Below are positions 9,719 to 20,965 of a stretch of DNA of 36,333 nt, in pieces (position 1 is the stretch's first letter; the number at the start of each line of letters is the position of its first letter). The translations under genes were made by a program, and so were the position numbers. Source of the DNA: Macrostomum lignano (lineage: Eukaryota). The DNA lies in NCBI GenBank assembly GCA_002269645.1, contig NIVC01004745.1:1-36333 (forward strand), read 5' to 3'. The notes below the pieces were generated by a model. The model was not told the DNA's origin and did not search any database. It saw nothing but the letters and a program-made list of their open reading frames with translations.

Positions 9719-9927
9719 TCTTGGCGCACATGTCAATACTGTAACCAAAAACATTTTATTTGCATGCGTATACTTACCTTTAAATAACTTTTATAACCAA
9801 CGCTCTTAACTACCCATTACTAAATACCTGTAACACTTATGACAAATGATTATTATAAAGACATGCTTGAACTTTTTATGCGTTTCAATCCTCTCTTTAA
9901 AACTCGGGACGAGTTTTTTTGTAAACA

Positions 9928-9937
9928 TGGGAGATTT
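9928..9937 (+). other. Short putative polypurine tract
   Basis: TGGGAGATTT immediately 5' of the 3' LTR; short and weak. Confidence 0.4.
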
Positions 9938-10997
9938 TGTAGAGTGTTCTACCTCCCGTAAGAAGACATGAAAGTGTTAACGTACTACTCACACATTTTA
10001 TTCAGTAGTAAGTTGAAGAGCATGAATAAAGGTATGCTTTGAATTATAAGTATATTCTGACTAACCAATAGAAAGAGAGAGACCTTGAGCATGCTAATTT
10101 TAGAAATCACCCAATCACGTGCGACCAACAACTGTCAATTCAAACCCCACCTTCAAGTCATCATTTGGTTTGCACTCGGGTTGCACCCGGATGAACCAAT
10201 CAAAGTCTACCAGCTACGGTAACCAATCATGCGCTTTTACAGTAGACTAGTTGCGCAACTTTCTACCCTGTCATGCTTGACAGCCACCGAATCGTGACCC
10301 TTTGACATTTGCGAAGACAGTGATGTACGACCTCGAGAGAGGTCTGAACGCCTATAAATACAAGTGGTCCGGAACGGACCCGGAGCCACAGAATCTCCAA
10401 GAGAGAGAAGCTCCGAAGAGGAAGCTCTAGTGAAGCCTTCCTGAAGAAACTCGCGTCGTGGACGAGTTCTTGCGGTAAGCCTTACTCATTTGCGCCCGTT
10501 GGTTGAGACGTCTCGCTCAAGTCTATTGAGACTTGAGTTTATTTGAGTCTGCTGAGACTCTTGAGTCTGTTTAGACTCCACTGGTTGCAGTCTCCAGAAG
10601 GACTGCCCCTGATAGGTCTTAGAAGACTATCAGTGGTTTCCGGAGCTATACCTAGAGTGCAGAGAGGCACTGCTAGAAGGAGTAGGCTTATATTAAACCG
10701 CAGTTCGGCGCAGGGATCCCCATTGTTGATTTGGAAGCTTCCCATTGGTCCGCACTACAGATACCGGCCGGAAACGACTTCAGTGGACAAAAGGAACGCG
10801 GACCTGGTTACGAACATAGACGTCTAAAGAAGTTCGAGGGACAAAGGAAGTCAGAGAACTACAGAACACGGAAGAGCTCTCCGAGACAGGACTCAAGGTA
10901 ACACATACCTTCATTTGATTACTGGGTTGCCTAGCTACAGAGCTAGAAGTGATTGTTCCTTGATTACAGTGGAGGACTGGTAATAAGGAACACATCA
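9938..10997 (+). repeat. 3' LTR (1060 bp)
   Basis: Differs from the 5' LTR, by eye, in one substitution (GTAATACA vs GTAACACA) and about six 1-bp indels, mostly at short homopolymers. Confidence 0.97.
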
Positions 10998-11001
10998 CTA
11001 C

Positions 11002-11517
11002 ATCCCTGATGCTAGTGTACTTATCAGGGTACTCGTAATTCTTCAACTCGGCGTCTTGCACTAACTTCATGAATTCCTTGATGAAATCTGTTATCTTTAC
11101 ATGGGTGTCAATCTTCTTTATTATAAAAGCGTTTTTGCACCCAGACTGACCACTCGTATAATTCCCATCTTCGCTTGGATCGCTTGAGTTATTACTTGGC
11201 TCTGACTTGACTTCGCAGTATATGATCAGCTTTGGTGTTTCTTTGGGTATTTTCTCTCCCAACTTCGTCAGGCACTCGCGCAACAAAGGCTTATCGGTCC
11301 AGACTAGCAGAACAACAACGGACGGCGTTGCGAACTTGTAGTCGGTTTGATCATCATTTTTGAATTTAACTGGTTTTAGGCCTCGATCAGTGCAGAATTC
11401 AATAAAATTGTTCGGGACCGGATGACTTTCTTCTTTATCTTCAGCGATCATCTTCAATAACGTCTCTCCATCGACAATGAGAACACCGCAGTCCCCTGGT
11501 GATCCTGAAGTCCATTT
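11002..11517 (-). pseudogene. Caspase-like gene A, proximal part (degenerate caspase-like domain), interrupted by the LTR element
   Basis: Open frame KWTSGSPGDCGVLIVDGE..FIEFCTDRGLKPV..SVVVLLVW..ETPKLIIYCEV..NAFII..ITDFIKEFMKLV echoes the caspase strand/helix order, but the HG and QACRG motifs are absent. It runs into the LTR at the TSD. Confidence 0.5.
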
Positions 11518-12592
11518 TTATTATGGAACCTATACAGTGAATCTATCAATTACCGCACTGCAAGAATAATTACAAATTCAAATAAATAGCGTTGCACTTA
11601 CTAATTGGTGGCACATTCTGAGACACATTTCCTGCAGGCCTGTCTGAAATGTAAATTGTGAATTTTTTTTGTTTCCGGTTCAATTATGTTTCTCATGGTG
11701 CGATAATCTTTCGAAAACTATTCCTTATACAATTAAAATCATTTTAAAGTGTTCTTCTGTTCAATGCCCTTTTCGATATTTTCTATCTTCGAAATGTCGT
11801 TATCCAGTCCTTTTGAGTTGCCCGAATCTGGAGTTCAGAAGTCTTTTTTTACTTCGATAAAGTACATTAATATAATAGTAATGTTGTTACTCTTGCCGTT
11901 GTCAGTATATTCAGAGTTTGTGCTTACTGTTCTGGTTGACGAGTTCTGGTTCGCTGTCAGGGCTAGGCTGCTTGCTTTCAGTTGGGTTCTGGCTACTACC
12001 GCTGCCTGGCTGATTTAATAAAAACTAAATTGCTATTGAAAACTAGCGATAGTTGAAGTTTGACAACTTACCAGCAGACTTAGTGACTGCACCATTGTCG
12101 AGGACTTGTTCCACTGCAGAGCAAATTGGCGGGTGGAAATTTTCTGCTTATCTGCATCAGAAAGCTACGATTACTCGTAGGCGCAAAACTTTTAGATTGA
12201 AATAAAAAATCTGCAGCATACCAACTTCATTCGACATGACTGCGGCTCAAATCTAACAATCTAAAATGTGGTTTTTGTTTAAATACATTTGAAATGAGAT
12301 GATGTACTCGTCATTGAAAAAAGTTATATCAAGTTACTAGAACCAAAAGCTGTGAAATCCGTCAACCGTAGGTGTGGAAATTTTCTTTCTGCCGCAGTCA
12401 TGACGAGGCGCTTCCAAGGCTGTGTACAGCTGTTCAGTCCGCGGGCACCGGGGCTGCCACACCCAAAAATTTTCTCCCCCAGACCGGGATAATACGAAAA
12501 ATACTGTTATATCCAATGGCAAGTGCCAGGTATTATGATGTGCGTCGAAAATCAGTCGGTAATAAAAATAACTCTCCGGGCAGTATATATGA

Positions 12593-14143
12593 AAAACCTC
12601 ACTGTCTATGGCAGAAACATCGCCTTCAAGAAGGAGGTCAAATACCTCGGTGTGACGCTAACACATGACCTGCGCTGGATGAAACACCTTGAGAACGTCA
12701 TCGGTCGGGCAAAACGCTGCTTTGCCCAGCTGCGCAGAGCCATCGGGCCGACTTGGGGCCTCTCGCCTAGAACGGTCCGTTGGATTTATACCGGCATCAT
12801 CCGGCCCAGTATCACATATGCGAGTCTCATCTGGACTAGCGTGCTGGAGCAGAAAACCGCCCGTCAGCGCCTGCACCAGCTGCAGGGCAGCATTTGTCGC
12901 GCCATCACAGGTGCGTACCCGTCTACCCTCTACGAGGGGCTGAACACTATTCTTAATCTTCCTCCGCTTCACCTATTTATTAGGGTGGAGGCTATGAAGT
13001 CCTCCTCCCGACTTTATCAGAGATAAAACGTTAAATAACGTACCCTCTGGCTTTATGCCAATGAAAACATTAATCCCGCATATGGACTTTGTTCGCCACG
13101 ACCTCAACAACATCCACATGGACCTGGGCAATGTGGATAGTCGACTCCCCGCTCTCAACATCAGGAGGGGCTTCCAGACCGCCATCCCTGGCCGAGACAA
13201 CATTCCGCTGGATGTCGGCGTGAACCGGCGCAGCCAGGGCATTCACTGCTTCACTGACGGCTCGCTGTTCAACGGCCGCGCTGGAGCGGGTATTGCCATT
13301 TTCCACGAGGGTAAGATGCTTTTCCAGGAAAGCCTGCACCTCGGTGAGAACACCTCAGTTTTCCAAGCTGAAATTTGCGCCATTGAGCAGTGTGCCCAGC
13401 AACTGCTTCAGGCGAACATTAATAATTTTGACATTAATTTCTACACTGATAGCCAAGCTGCTATTAAGGCCTTGACCACTGTGAATATCTCCGCTGCTAC
13501 AGTATCTCAATGCCACCGCAGTGTGCAATCTCTCTCAGTCCTTAACAGGATTAGAATTATCTGGACACCCGGTCACAGCAAAATCCTGGGCAACGAGCTC
13601 GCGGACTCTCTCGCCAAGGAGGGCAGCAACCCAGACGGCAACCACCGTCTGATGAGGCTACCCACTCCCAGGTCGCAAGTCACCCGCCATATTAACAGGT
13701 GGCTCCATCAGCAGCACCAGCTTCACTGGAACAGCTGCACCGAGTACAGGCAGAGCCGCTCTGCCATGCCTAACCTGAACAGGAAAGTCTCTGATTATCT
13801 GATTTCGCTTAACAGAACCGACCTCAGGGAGATGTGCATGGTCCTAACCGGCCATGGATTCTTCCAGAGACATATATCGTTGCAAACCGGTTGCCCTCCC
13901 ACCTGTCCTTTCTGTGGCATAGGAGAGGAGACCGCAGAGCATCACGTCACCTTCTGCCCTTACTTCAACAAGGCGCGGCACAAATACCTCGGCCACCCCC
14001 AGCGGATGGACGAGCTGACCACCCCGGACAATATCCGAGACCTTCGCGCCTTCGTCCGGGACTCTGGCCGGATGAGGGTCGCCGATGCCTCCACTGCGAA
14101 CCTGCCGACTACTGGCGGGGACTGGGCGCACCCCCAGGGTTAA
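12593..14143 (+). CDS. LINE ORF2 C-terminal part: RT thumb, RNase H, Cys/His domain (1-nt frameshift near 13022)
   Basis: [26 protein letters not shown]; [39 protein letters not shown] (RNase H); [24 protein letters not shown]. Confidence 0.9.
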
Positions 14144-14238
14144 TCCTTGTGCTCTTTTACCTTGGGGTTGCGATAGGGGCCTCGCGGCCTATTCGCGGCG
14201 CCTGCGCCCCCCGTCAGTAGTAAGTAAGTAAGTAAGTA
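12593..14238 (+). mobile_element. 5'-truncated non-LTR retrotransposon (LOA/I-group-like, with RNase H), (TAAG)n tail
   Basis: TSD AGTATATATGA at 12582-12592 and 14239-14249. Begins inside RT ([20 protein letters not shown]). Tail is GTAG(TAAG)5. Confidence 0.9.
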
Positions 14239-15010
14239 AGTATATATGATTGCTAAACAACTTCAGCTTGTCAAAAGGCTTTTAATGACGACTTACGAAA
14301 TTGACAAGTTGTGGAAGCGATACTCCTCAGAGAAGATGTAGCGGTCTTCGGACTGCGATGTGCAGCTGCTCAATTAAAGTTCAATAATTAGATACCTGCA
14401 GCAACTCTTAAGCTTTGTGCGACCGTAAGCCCAATTAGAATTATAAGTTGCTTGGCTTGGGGCTTTACTAATATTTCACAAGGTTAGCATTGTAGTGTTT
14501 GGATTAACAATGTCAGAGCTACTTGTAGGCAACTATAGTGGCTGGGGTAGGAGTGTGCTGACGCACAGAAGTACTGGAGCTGGCAGAAATGGCCAAAGTA
14601 CTTGCGCATTGCTGGATCGGGGTGGCTGTATGGCAGCAATGTCCTGCGCACTAGACAGGCTCTTGCGTATGACTCAGAGCTATGGTAGAGAAAGACTGCA
14701 AAAGCACAGTAGCAATCTCACTGCGCACCTCAATGCGCAATGTACTCAGAATTATCAGCATTTATTATAAAAATCTGAGTCCTGCAGTACACCGATGCAG
14801 CTTTTTCACATGCACGTACAAAACGAAGTTCCGTTTTACATTGATTTGCAGTCGTTCTCTTTGAGTTCGGGACTGGAAAACGGGGTGAAAAAAAACTGCA
14901 GCACCCTGAAACACAGCTGTCGCTTGCAAGCAACATTTCACTTCTCTTCGTCATCCACAATATGAAGTGAATGGGTATAATGACTGGTATATAGAGACGG
15001 GTGTGGTAAA

Positions 15011-17457
15011 ATGAGGAAAGTGTCAGGTAGATGGAGGAAGGTGTCAGGTAAATGGAGGAATGTGTCAGGTAAATGGAGGAATGTGTCAGGTAGATGTAGG
15101 AATGCGTCAGGTAGATGGAGGAAGGTGTCAGGTAGATGGAGGAATGTGTCAGGTAGATGGAGGAATGTGTCAGGTAGATGGAGGAAGGTGTCAGGTAGAT
15201 GGAGGAAAGTGTCAGGTAGATGGAGGAAGGTGTCAGGTAAATGGAGGAATGTGTCAGGTAAATGGAGGAATGTGTCAGGTAGATGTAGGAATGCGTCAGG
15301 TAGATGGAGGAAAGTGTCAGGTAGATGGAGGAAGGTGTCAGGTAAATGGAGGAATGTGTCAGGTAGATGTAGGAAGGTGTCAGGTAGATGTAGGAATGTG
15401 TCAGGTAGATGTAGGAATGTGTCAGGTAGATGGAGGAAAGTGTCAGGTAGATGGAGGAATGTGTCAGGTAGATGGAGGAATGTGTCAGGTAGATGTAGGA
15501 ATGCGTCAGGTAGATGGAGGAAGGTGTCAGGTAGATGGAGGAATGTGTCAGGTAGAAGGAGGAATGTGTCAGGTAGATGGAGGAATGTGTCAGGTAGATG
15601 GAGGAATGTGTCAGGTAGATGTAGGAATGTGTCAGTTAGATGTAGGAATGTGTCAGGTAGATGTAGGAATGTGTCAGGTAGATGGAGGAATGTGTCAGGT
15701 AGATGGAGGAATGTGTCAGGTAGATGGAAGGTGTCAGGTAGATGGAAGGTGTCAGGTAGATGTAGGAATGTGTCAGGTAAATGGAGGAATGTGTCAGGTA
15801 GATGTAGGAATGCGTCAGGTAGATGGAGGAAGGTGTCAGGTAGATGGAGGAATGTGTCAGGTAGAAGGAGGAATGTGTCAGGTAGATGGAGGAATGTGTC
15901 AGGTAGATGGAGGAATGTGTCAGGTAGATGTAGGAATGTGTCAGTTAGATGTAGGAATGTGTCAGGTAGATGTAGGAATGTGTCAGGTAGATGGAGGAAT
16001 GTGTCAGGTAGATGGAGGAATGTGTCAGGTAGATGGAAGGTGTCAGGTAGATGGAAGGTGTCAGGTAGATGTAGGAAGGTGTCAGGTAGATGGAGGAAAG
16101 TGTCAGGTAGATGGAGGAATGTGTCAGGTAGATGGAGGAATGTGTCAGGTAGATGGAGGAATGTGTCAGGTAGATGGAGGAATGTGTCAGGTAGATGGAG
16201 GAAGGTGTCAGGTAGATGGAGGAATGTGTCAGTTAGATGGAGGAATGTGTCAGGTAGATGGAGGAATGTGTCAGGTAGATGGAGGAATGTGTCAGGTAGA
16301 TGGAGGAATGTGTCAGGTAGATGGAGGAATGTGTCAGTTAGATGGAGGAATGTGTCAGGTAGATGTAGGAATGTGTCAGTTAGATGGAGTAATGTGTCAG
16401 GTAGATGGAGGAAGGTGTCAGGTAGATGGAGGAATGTGTCAGGTAGATGTAGGAATGTGTCAGTTAGATGGAGTAATGTGTCAGGTAGATGGAGGAATGT
16501 GTCAGGTAGATGGAGGAATGTGTCAGGTAGATGGAGGAATGTGTCAGGTAGATGGAGGAAGGTGTCAGGTAGATGGAGGAATGTGTCAGTTAGATGGAGG
16601 AATGTGTCAGGTAGATGGAGGAAAGTGTCAGGTAGATGGAGGAATGTGTCAGGTAGATGGAGGAATGTGTCAGGTAGATGGAGGAATGTGTCAGGTAGAT
16701 GGAGGAATGTGTCAGGTAGATGGAGGAAGGTGTCAGGTAGATGGAGGAATGTGTCAGTTAGATGGAGGAATGTGTCAGGTAGATGGAGGAATGTGTCAGG
16801 TAGATGGAGGAATGTGTCAGGTAGATGGAGGAATGTGTCAGGTAGATGGAGGAATGTGTCAGTTAGATGGAGGAATGTGTCAGGTAGATGTAGGAATGTG
16901 TCAGTTAGATGGAGTAATGTGTCAGGTAGATGGAGGAAGGTGTCAGGTAGATGGAGGAATGTGTCAGTTAGATGGAGTAATGTGTCAGGTAGATGGAGGA
17001 ATGTGTCAGGTAGATGGAGTAATGTGTCAGGTAGATGGAGGAAGGTGTCAGGTAGATGGAGGAATGTGTCAGTTAGATGGAGGAATGTGTCAGGTAGATG
17101 TAGGAATGTGTCAGTTAGATGGAGTAATGTGTCAGGTAGATGGAGGAATGTGTCAGGTAGATGGAGGAATGTGTCAGGTAGATGGAGGAATGTGTCAGGT
17201 AGATGGAGGAAGGTGTCAGGTAGATGGAGGAATGTGTCAGTTAGATGGAGGAATGTGTCAGGTAGATGGAGGAATGTGTCAGGTAGATGGAGGAATGTGT
17301 CAGGTAGATGGAGGAATGTGTCAGGTAGATGGAGTAATGTGTCAGGTAGATGGAGGAATGTGTCAAGTAGATGGAGGAATGTGTCAGGTAGATGTAGGAA
17401 TGTGTCAGGTAGATGTAGGAATGTGTCAGTTAGATGGAGGAATGTGTCAGGTAGATG
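15011..17457. repeat. 21-bp minisatellite/satellite (GTCAGGTAGATGGAGGAATGT), about 117 monomers with variant units
   Basis: Direct reading. Variants include 18-bp units, GTAAATGG, ATGCGTC, GTTAGATGG and GGAGTAAT. Confidence 0.98.
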
Positions 17458-17731
17458 AGGTTTCCAGTGAGGTTTCCAAGAATTTTATATGTTAAACAAT
17501 AGAGTATAGCTTTATGAATAAAACGACACATTTAGAAGACTTGAAAATGAAAAATTCAGTTTTCAGTTTCTCTCAGTTTTTATTATTGCTTTTCTTTTCT
17601 CCGCATGTTGTTTTCGTAGATTTTACAGTTGACGCACAGTTTTTGTGGTCACGTGACCTGGCGGGAATCGCTAAACGCATAAACTGAAATTTGATTGCAA
17701 GTCACAATGTTTGTTCTCACTCAGCATAGAA

Positions 17732-17873
17732 AGAGAGGTAATTGGTGTCTATTTGACCACTGGAATTGCATCAGGCATAAGAGAGGTAATTGGTGTCTAT
17801 TTGACCACTGGAATTGCATCAGGCATAAGAGAGGTAATTGGTGTCTATTTGACCACTGGAATTGCATCAGGCA
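17732..17873. repeat. 48-bp tandem repeat, 3 copies
   Basis: AGAGAGGTAATTGGTGTCTATTTGACCACTGGAATTGCATCAGGCATA x3, with no spacers. Confidence 0.95.
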
Positions 17874-18531
17874 TGTTTCTCACTCAGTGCAGCTTCTCCA
17901 CTCAACAGTCCATCTCTGTGTGAGACAATACAACAGACGCAGTGTTGAGACTGTATTCAGAAGGCACTTATGATAAGAACTTGTGCAGTGGCAGGTCTGC
18001 AGCCTCAATATCAAAACGAAGCAGCCAGGGACCTGTGAGTCACAGCTGCAGTGGGAGCGCATCATCATGGGTCAGATCATCAAGTTGCTCAGCCCTGCGA
18101 TGACCGATGATGTAGAGTTTGGAGGCGACGAGACAAACGGCTGAAGGAGCGCTTCTAGCAGGAAACCCATCACTTCAGGTGGTGGTTCGATTCTCATCTG
18201 GGGAGCCTGGGGTGTCAAAACGCATTTTGACTAGTATAGTGTTCAAGCCTGCAGTGATAACAGTGATAACCTGCATGCTAGCGCCCATCCTGCAGCTGGG
18301 CAATGCCCTGTCCAAAGGCTCATGATTTATGATTGCTTCATGAGACCGAAATCCTATAACAATGAAAAACACTATTTCAAGAGATCGGAATTTGCGAACT
18401 TCTTGCATTTGAGCTGACAGTCATTTGGCTTTTTGATCTTGAGTTATTTCCATCTTTCCATGAGATGAAAATTTCTCTCGAAATTCAAGCGTCACTTCTC
18501 TTACTGTTGCCAAGTCTTAATTAAGTCTTAA

Positions 18532-18894
18532 TTAGCCAAGGCAGGCCCAGTGCATCGCACATATTCGTTCATTAGTCAGAGTAGCGACACGGTTAATCAT
18601 AGTTACCACATCTTCTTTATGAGCAAAGAAATGGTAGACCCAGCACAAGCAGGTGATAAACCTTGAGCCACTATAGGCTAAGCCGCTGCTCTCCTCTTCT
18701 GATAGAGTGTCATAGGCCAGAACCAGTCCCGCTCGTTTTGGTACATGTTCCTCGATTTTCACTGTCCGTGTAGCCAAATAGTGCTCGGCGAAGGCCAGCA
18801 CTGATGGGTTTTTTATATCGTTTGTAACGTCTGAAATTTCTTCACCCGTCTCATCTTGTCTCGGTAGAATTGTACTTCGACAAGCGTTGATGAT
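18532..18894 (-). pseudogene. Caspase-like gene B, C-terminal part (catalytic Cys motif and p10)
   Basis: IINACRS (QACRG-like), GLVLAYDT..GLAYSGSRFITCLCWV..EDVVTMINRV (p10-like). It joins 24802-25101 in frame once the LINE and one TSD are removed. Confidence 0.85.
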
Positions 18895-19424
18895 GAGCAG
18901 TCTTGGTAAAGTAATTGATTGATGAAGAAGCCAGTGAAGTATGAGACAGACTAGGCCCATGGGCTAAGGTCTGCGATGCTTCACGCCTGCCCCTATCTTC
19001 AGCAGGTCAAGGCTAGTGGGAGGTCTGCACCCTCTATTTGCCTCTGGAAGCCGCAGACCCCCCCCCCACGCTGTCTCGCAAGTCGACCCAGGGTACTCGT
19101 CCCCGCGTGTGTTCAAGGCAGTCCCTAGGGCTGCTGGACAGACTGGGCTCCGGCGCTGGCGACCCTATCCAGTGGCTTCGGCCGAATTTGGGTATGCGGG
19201 TCTGGCTCGCCAACCTGCAGGCCGTGATACTGCTCAACGTACTCTCTAATGCCTAAGGTGTTGACCGTGCCGATGGGCTGGAAGGCCGGGGAGTAGTCCG
19301 GTCGCAAGCGGTCCCCCTCCTGGTGTCGGGCCAGCCTTGAGGGTTCTATTGGCCTACTGCCCGGTCAGGTGGAGCGGCCGGGTGGGTACCGCGCCCCTTT
19401 GAGGGTAGCCCACCAACCTTTATC

Positions 19425-20926
19425 ATGGCCTTCGAGCCGACTATGGAAAAAAACCCTAGTTCTAGGGACGGGGACCCTTCTAAACCCCAACCTCAGTCCG
19501 AAGGACCGGCCGGCCCTGCTGGCAGATCCCAACCGACTGATTCAACTGTGGCAAAGGAAGGACCGGCTGGCTCTGCTGGCAGATCCGACCAGAGCTACCA
19601 AACTCAAAATACCCAAAGACCTGCCAGCTCCGCTGGTGGATCTAAGGGAACCGCGAGCTCTGAGCCTAAAGGACCGGCCAAATCTGGCAGATCCGATGAA
19701 GCTCAGCGGGCTCAGCTTGAGCGCAAACGCGCTAAACAACGCGCCAAAAGGCAGGCCAAGAAGGGAGCTGCGGGGGCCAAAGCGGCGGCGTCCACCATGG
19801 ATGCTGAAGCGACTGGAGTCCCAAGGCAACCAGGCGGGCCGGCCGGTGGAAGCTCCAGTAGTTCAGCGGCGGCGCTCCCTGGAGATGCTGCCGCGGCTGC
19901 TGAGGCCGAAACCACGGCGCAACAAATGGCCACTGCCAACAAGGAGGTTCCTTCGGGAGCTACCTTTGCGGCAAAGGCCAAGGCCAAAATCCCGGGAGTG
20001 ATCATCCAAGGTCGCGACCAGGACTGGACCACTGATCAGCTTCAAAAAGTGTGGAGTGCTGTTGACTCCTATCTGATTGGCTGACTGTCGAGGAGGGAAT
20101 CTCCATCGGCATTGAGCGGATGGTGCTGCGAAGCACATTCGTTCTTATTGCTCCTAGCAGCGAGGAGGACGCTCGGCAGCTGCTCCAGCGGCTACCGACG
20201 GTCTCCTTGGATGCTGACCTTGGCGGAGCTCTTTTTCTTCGCGAGGGCCAGCGTCCAAAGACGATACCCTATGTGGTTTTCGTCCCTGCTAAGAGCACCG
20301 CAGCTGGACCAGACGTTATCGCCGGGTCCTACTGCGTCTGAACCCGACCTCCCTGCTAGTGGACTGGTGTATCACCGCAAAGTCCGCAGGGGGGAGACGG
20401 GCAACTCAATTGTCCTCGGCCTTTCCAGCACTTGGGCGAGTCGGTACCCTAATGGATCCTCTTTCAGCTGGGTGCCCTCAAGCTCAAGATGCGCCGAGGA
20501 AAGTCTGCCAAAGGGAAGGCTACTGCCAACCCCGGCATCTCCGGCAAGAGCGAGGCGCAGTCTAAGGCCCAAGGAAAGGCGCAAGCCGATCCCAAAGCCA
20601 AAGCTGCGTCTCGCCCTCTGCTAGCAGCAGTTCGGCGACCGCGGTAACGGCTCCGGCCAAGCCCCGGGAACCAAACCTGCCAGTCGGAGAAGGAGTTGAG
20701 GACGAGGCCGGGTCTTCGGAATCCGAGCTCTCCTCGGCCACCCTGGTGGGGTCTGAAGGTAAAGATGCAGATGAGGAAGCTTCCTCCATCCTGTCATCGG
20801 AGCCTGAGGACTCTGCTGGGGGGGGCCGGTGGGGGTGAGGAGGCCATGGACGTCGACCAACTCCCATCTCCCAGTCAAGCCCCAGCGGCCTGGGACGAGG
20901 ACGATCTGTTGTCCAAGTCTCCTTGA
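19425..20926 (+). CDS. LINE ORF1 (low-complexity N-terminus, DUF4780-like domain), frameshifted
   Basis: Pro/Ala/Gly-rich region, basic ERKRAKQRAKRQAKK, then TFAAKAK..WTTDQLQKVWSAVDSYL..FVLIAPSSEEDARQLL..YVVFVP. This pattern resembles DUF4780 of LOA-type ORF1s (recognised by eye). Confidence 0.6.
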
Positions 20927-20965
20927 TGGCCCTGGGCTCTAGCCAGACATTGCATTTAATACAGT

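Larger units (their letters stand above)
330..10997 (+). mobile_element. Full-length Ty3/Gypsy (Metaviridae-like) LTR retroelement with envelope gene; order LTR-gag-env-PR-RT-RH-IN-RING ORF-LTR
   Basis: Two TG...CA direct repeats, 4-bp TSD, PBS-like TGG after the 5' LTR, CCHC gag, DSG protease, YVDD RT, RNase H, HHCC/DDE integrase with GPY motif. The PR-RT-RH-IN order is Gypsy-type. Confidence 0.97.

Noticed and set aside
11700-12020. Possible additional upstream exon of caspase-like gene A (minus strand)
   Set aside because: Coding-like composition, but multiple stops and no recognisable motif.
12190-12402. Short inverted repeats (TTTTAGATTG/CAATCTAAAA; CATGACTGCGGC/GCCGCAGTCATG)
   Set aside because: They could mark a decayed MITE, but no TSD or clear boundaries were found.
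14217-14240. (TAAG)n as telomeric repeat
   Set aside because: It is the 3' tail of a LINE, bounded by a TSD.
14250-15000. Short ORFs between the truncated LINE and the satellite
   Set aside because: No recognisable domain, and stops occur in all frames.
15011-17495. 815-aa and 811-aa ORFs
   Set aside because: Artefacts of a stop-free 21-bp satellite with no unique domain.
17732-17873. Possible CRISPR array
   Set aside because: The units are contiguous with no spacers, no cas genes are present, and the context is eukaryotic.
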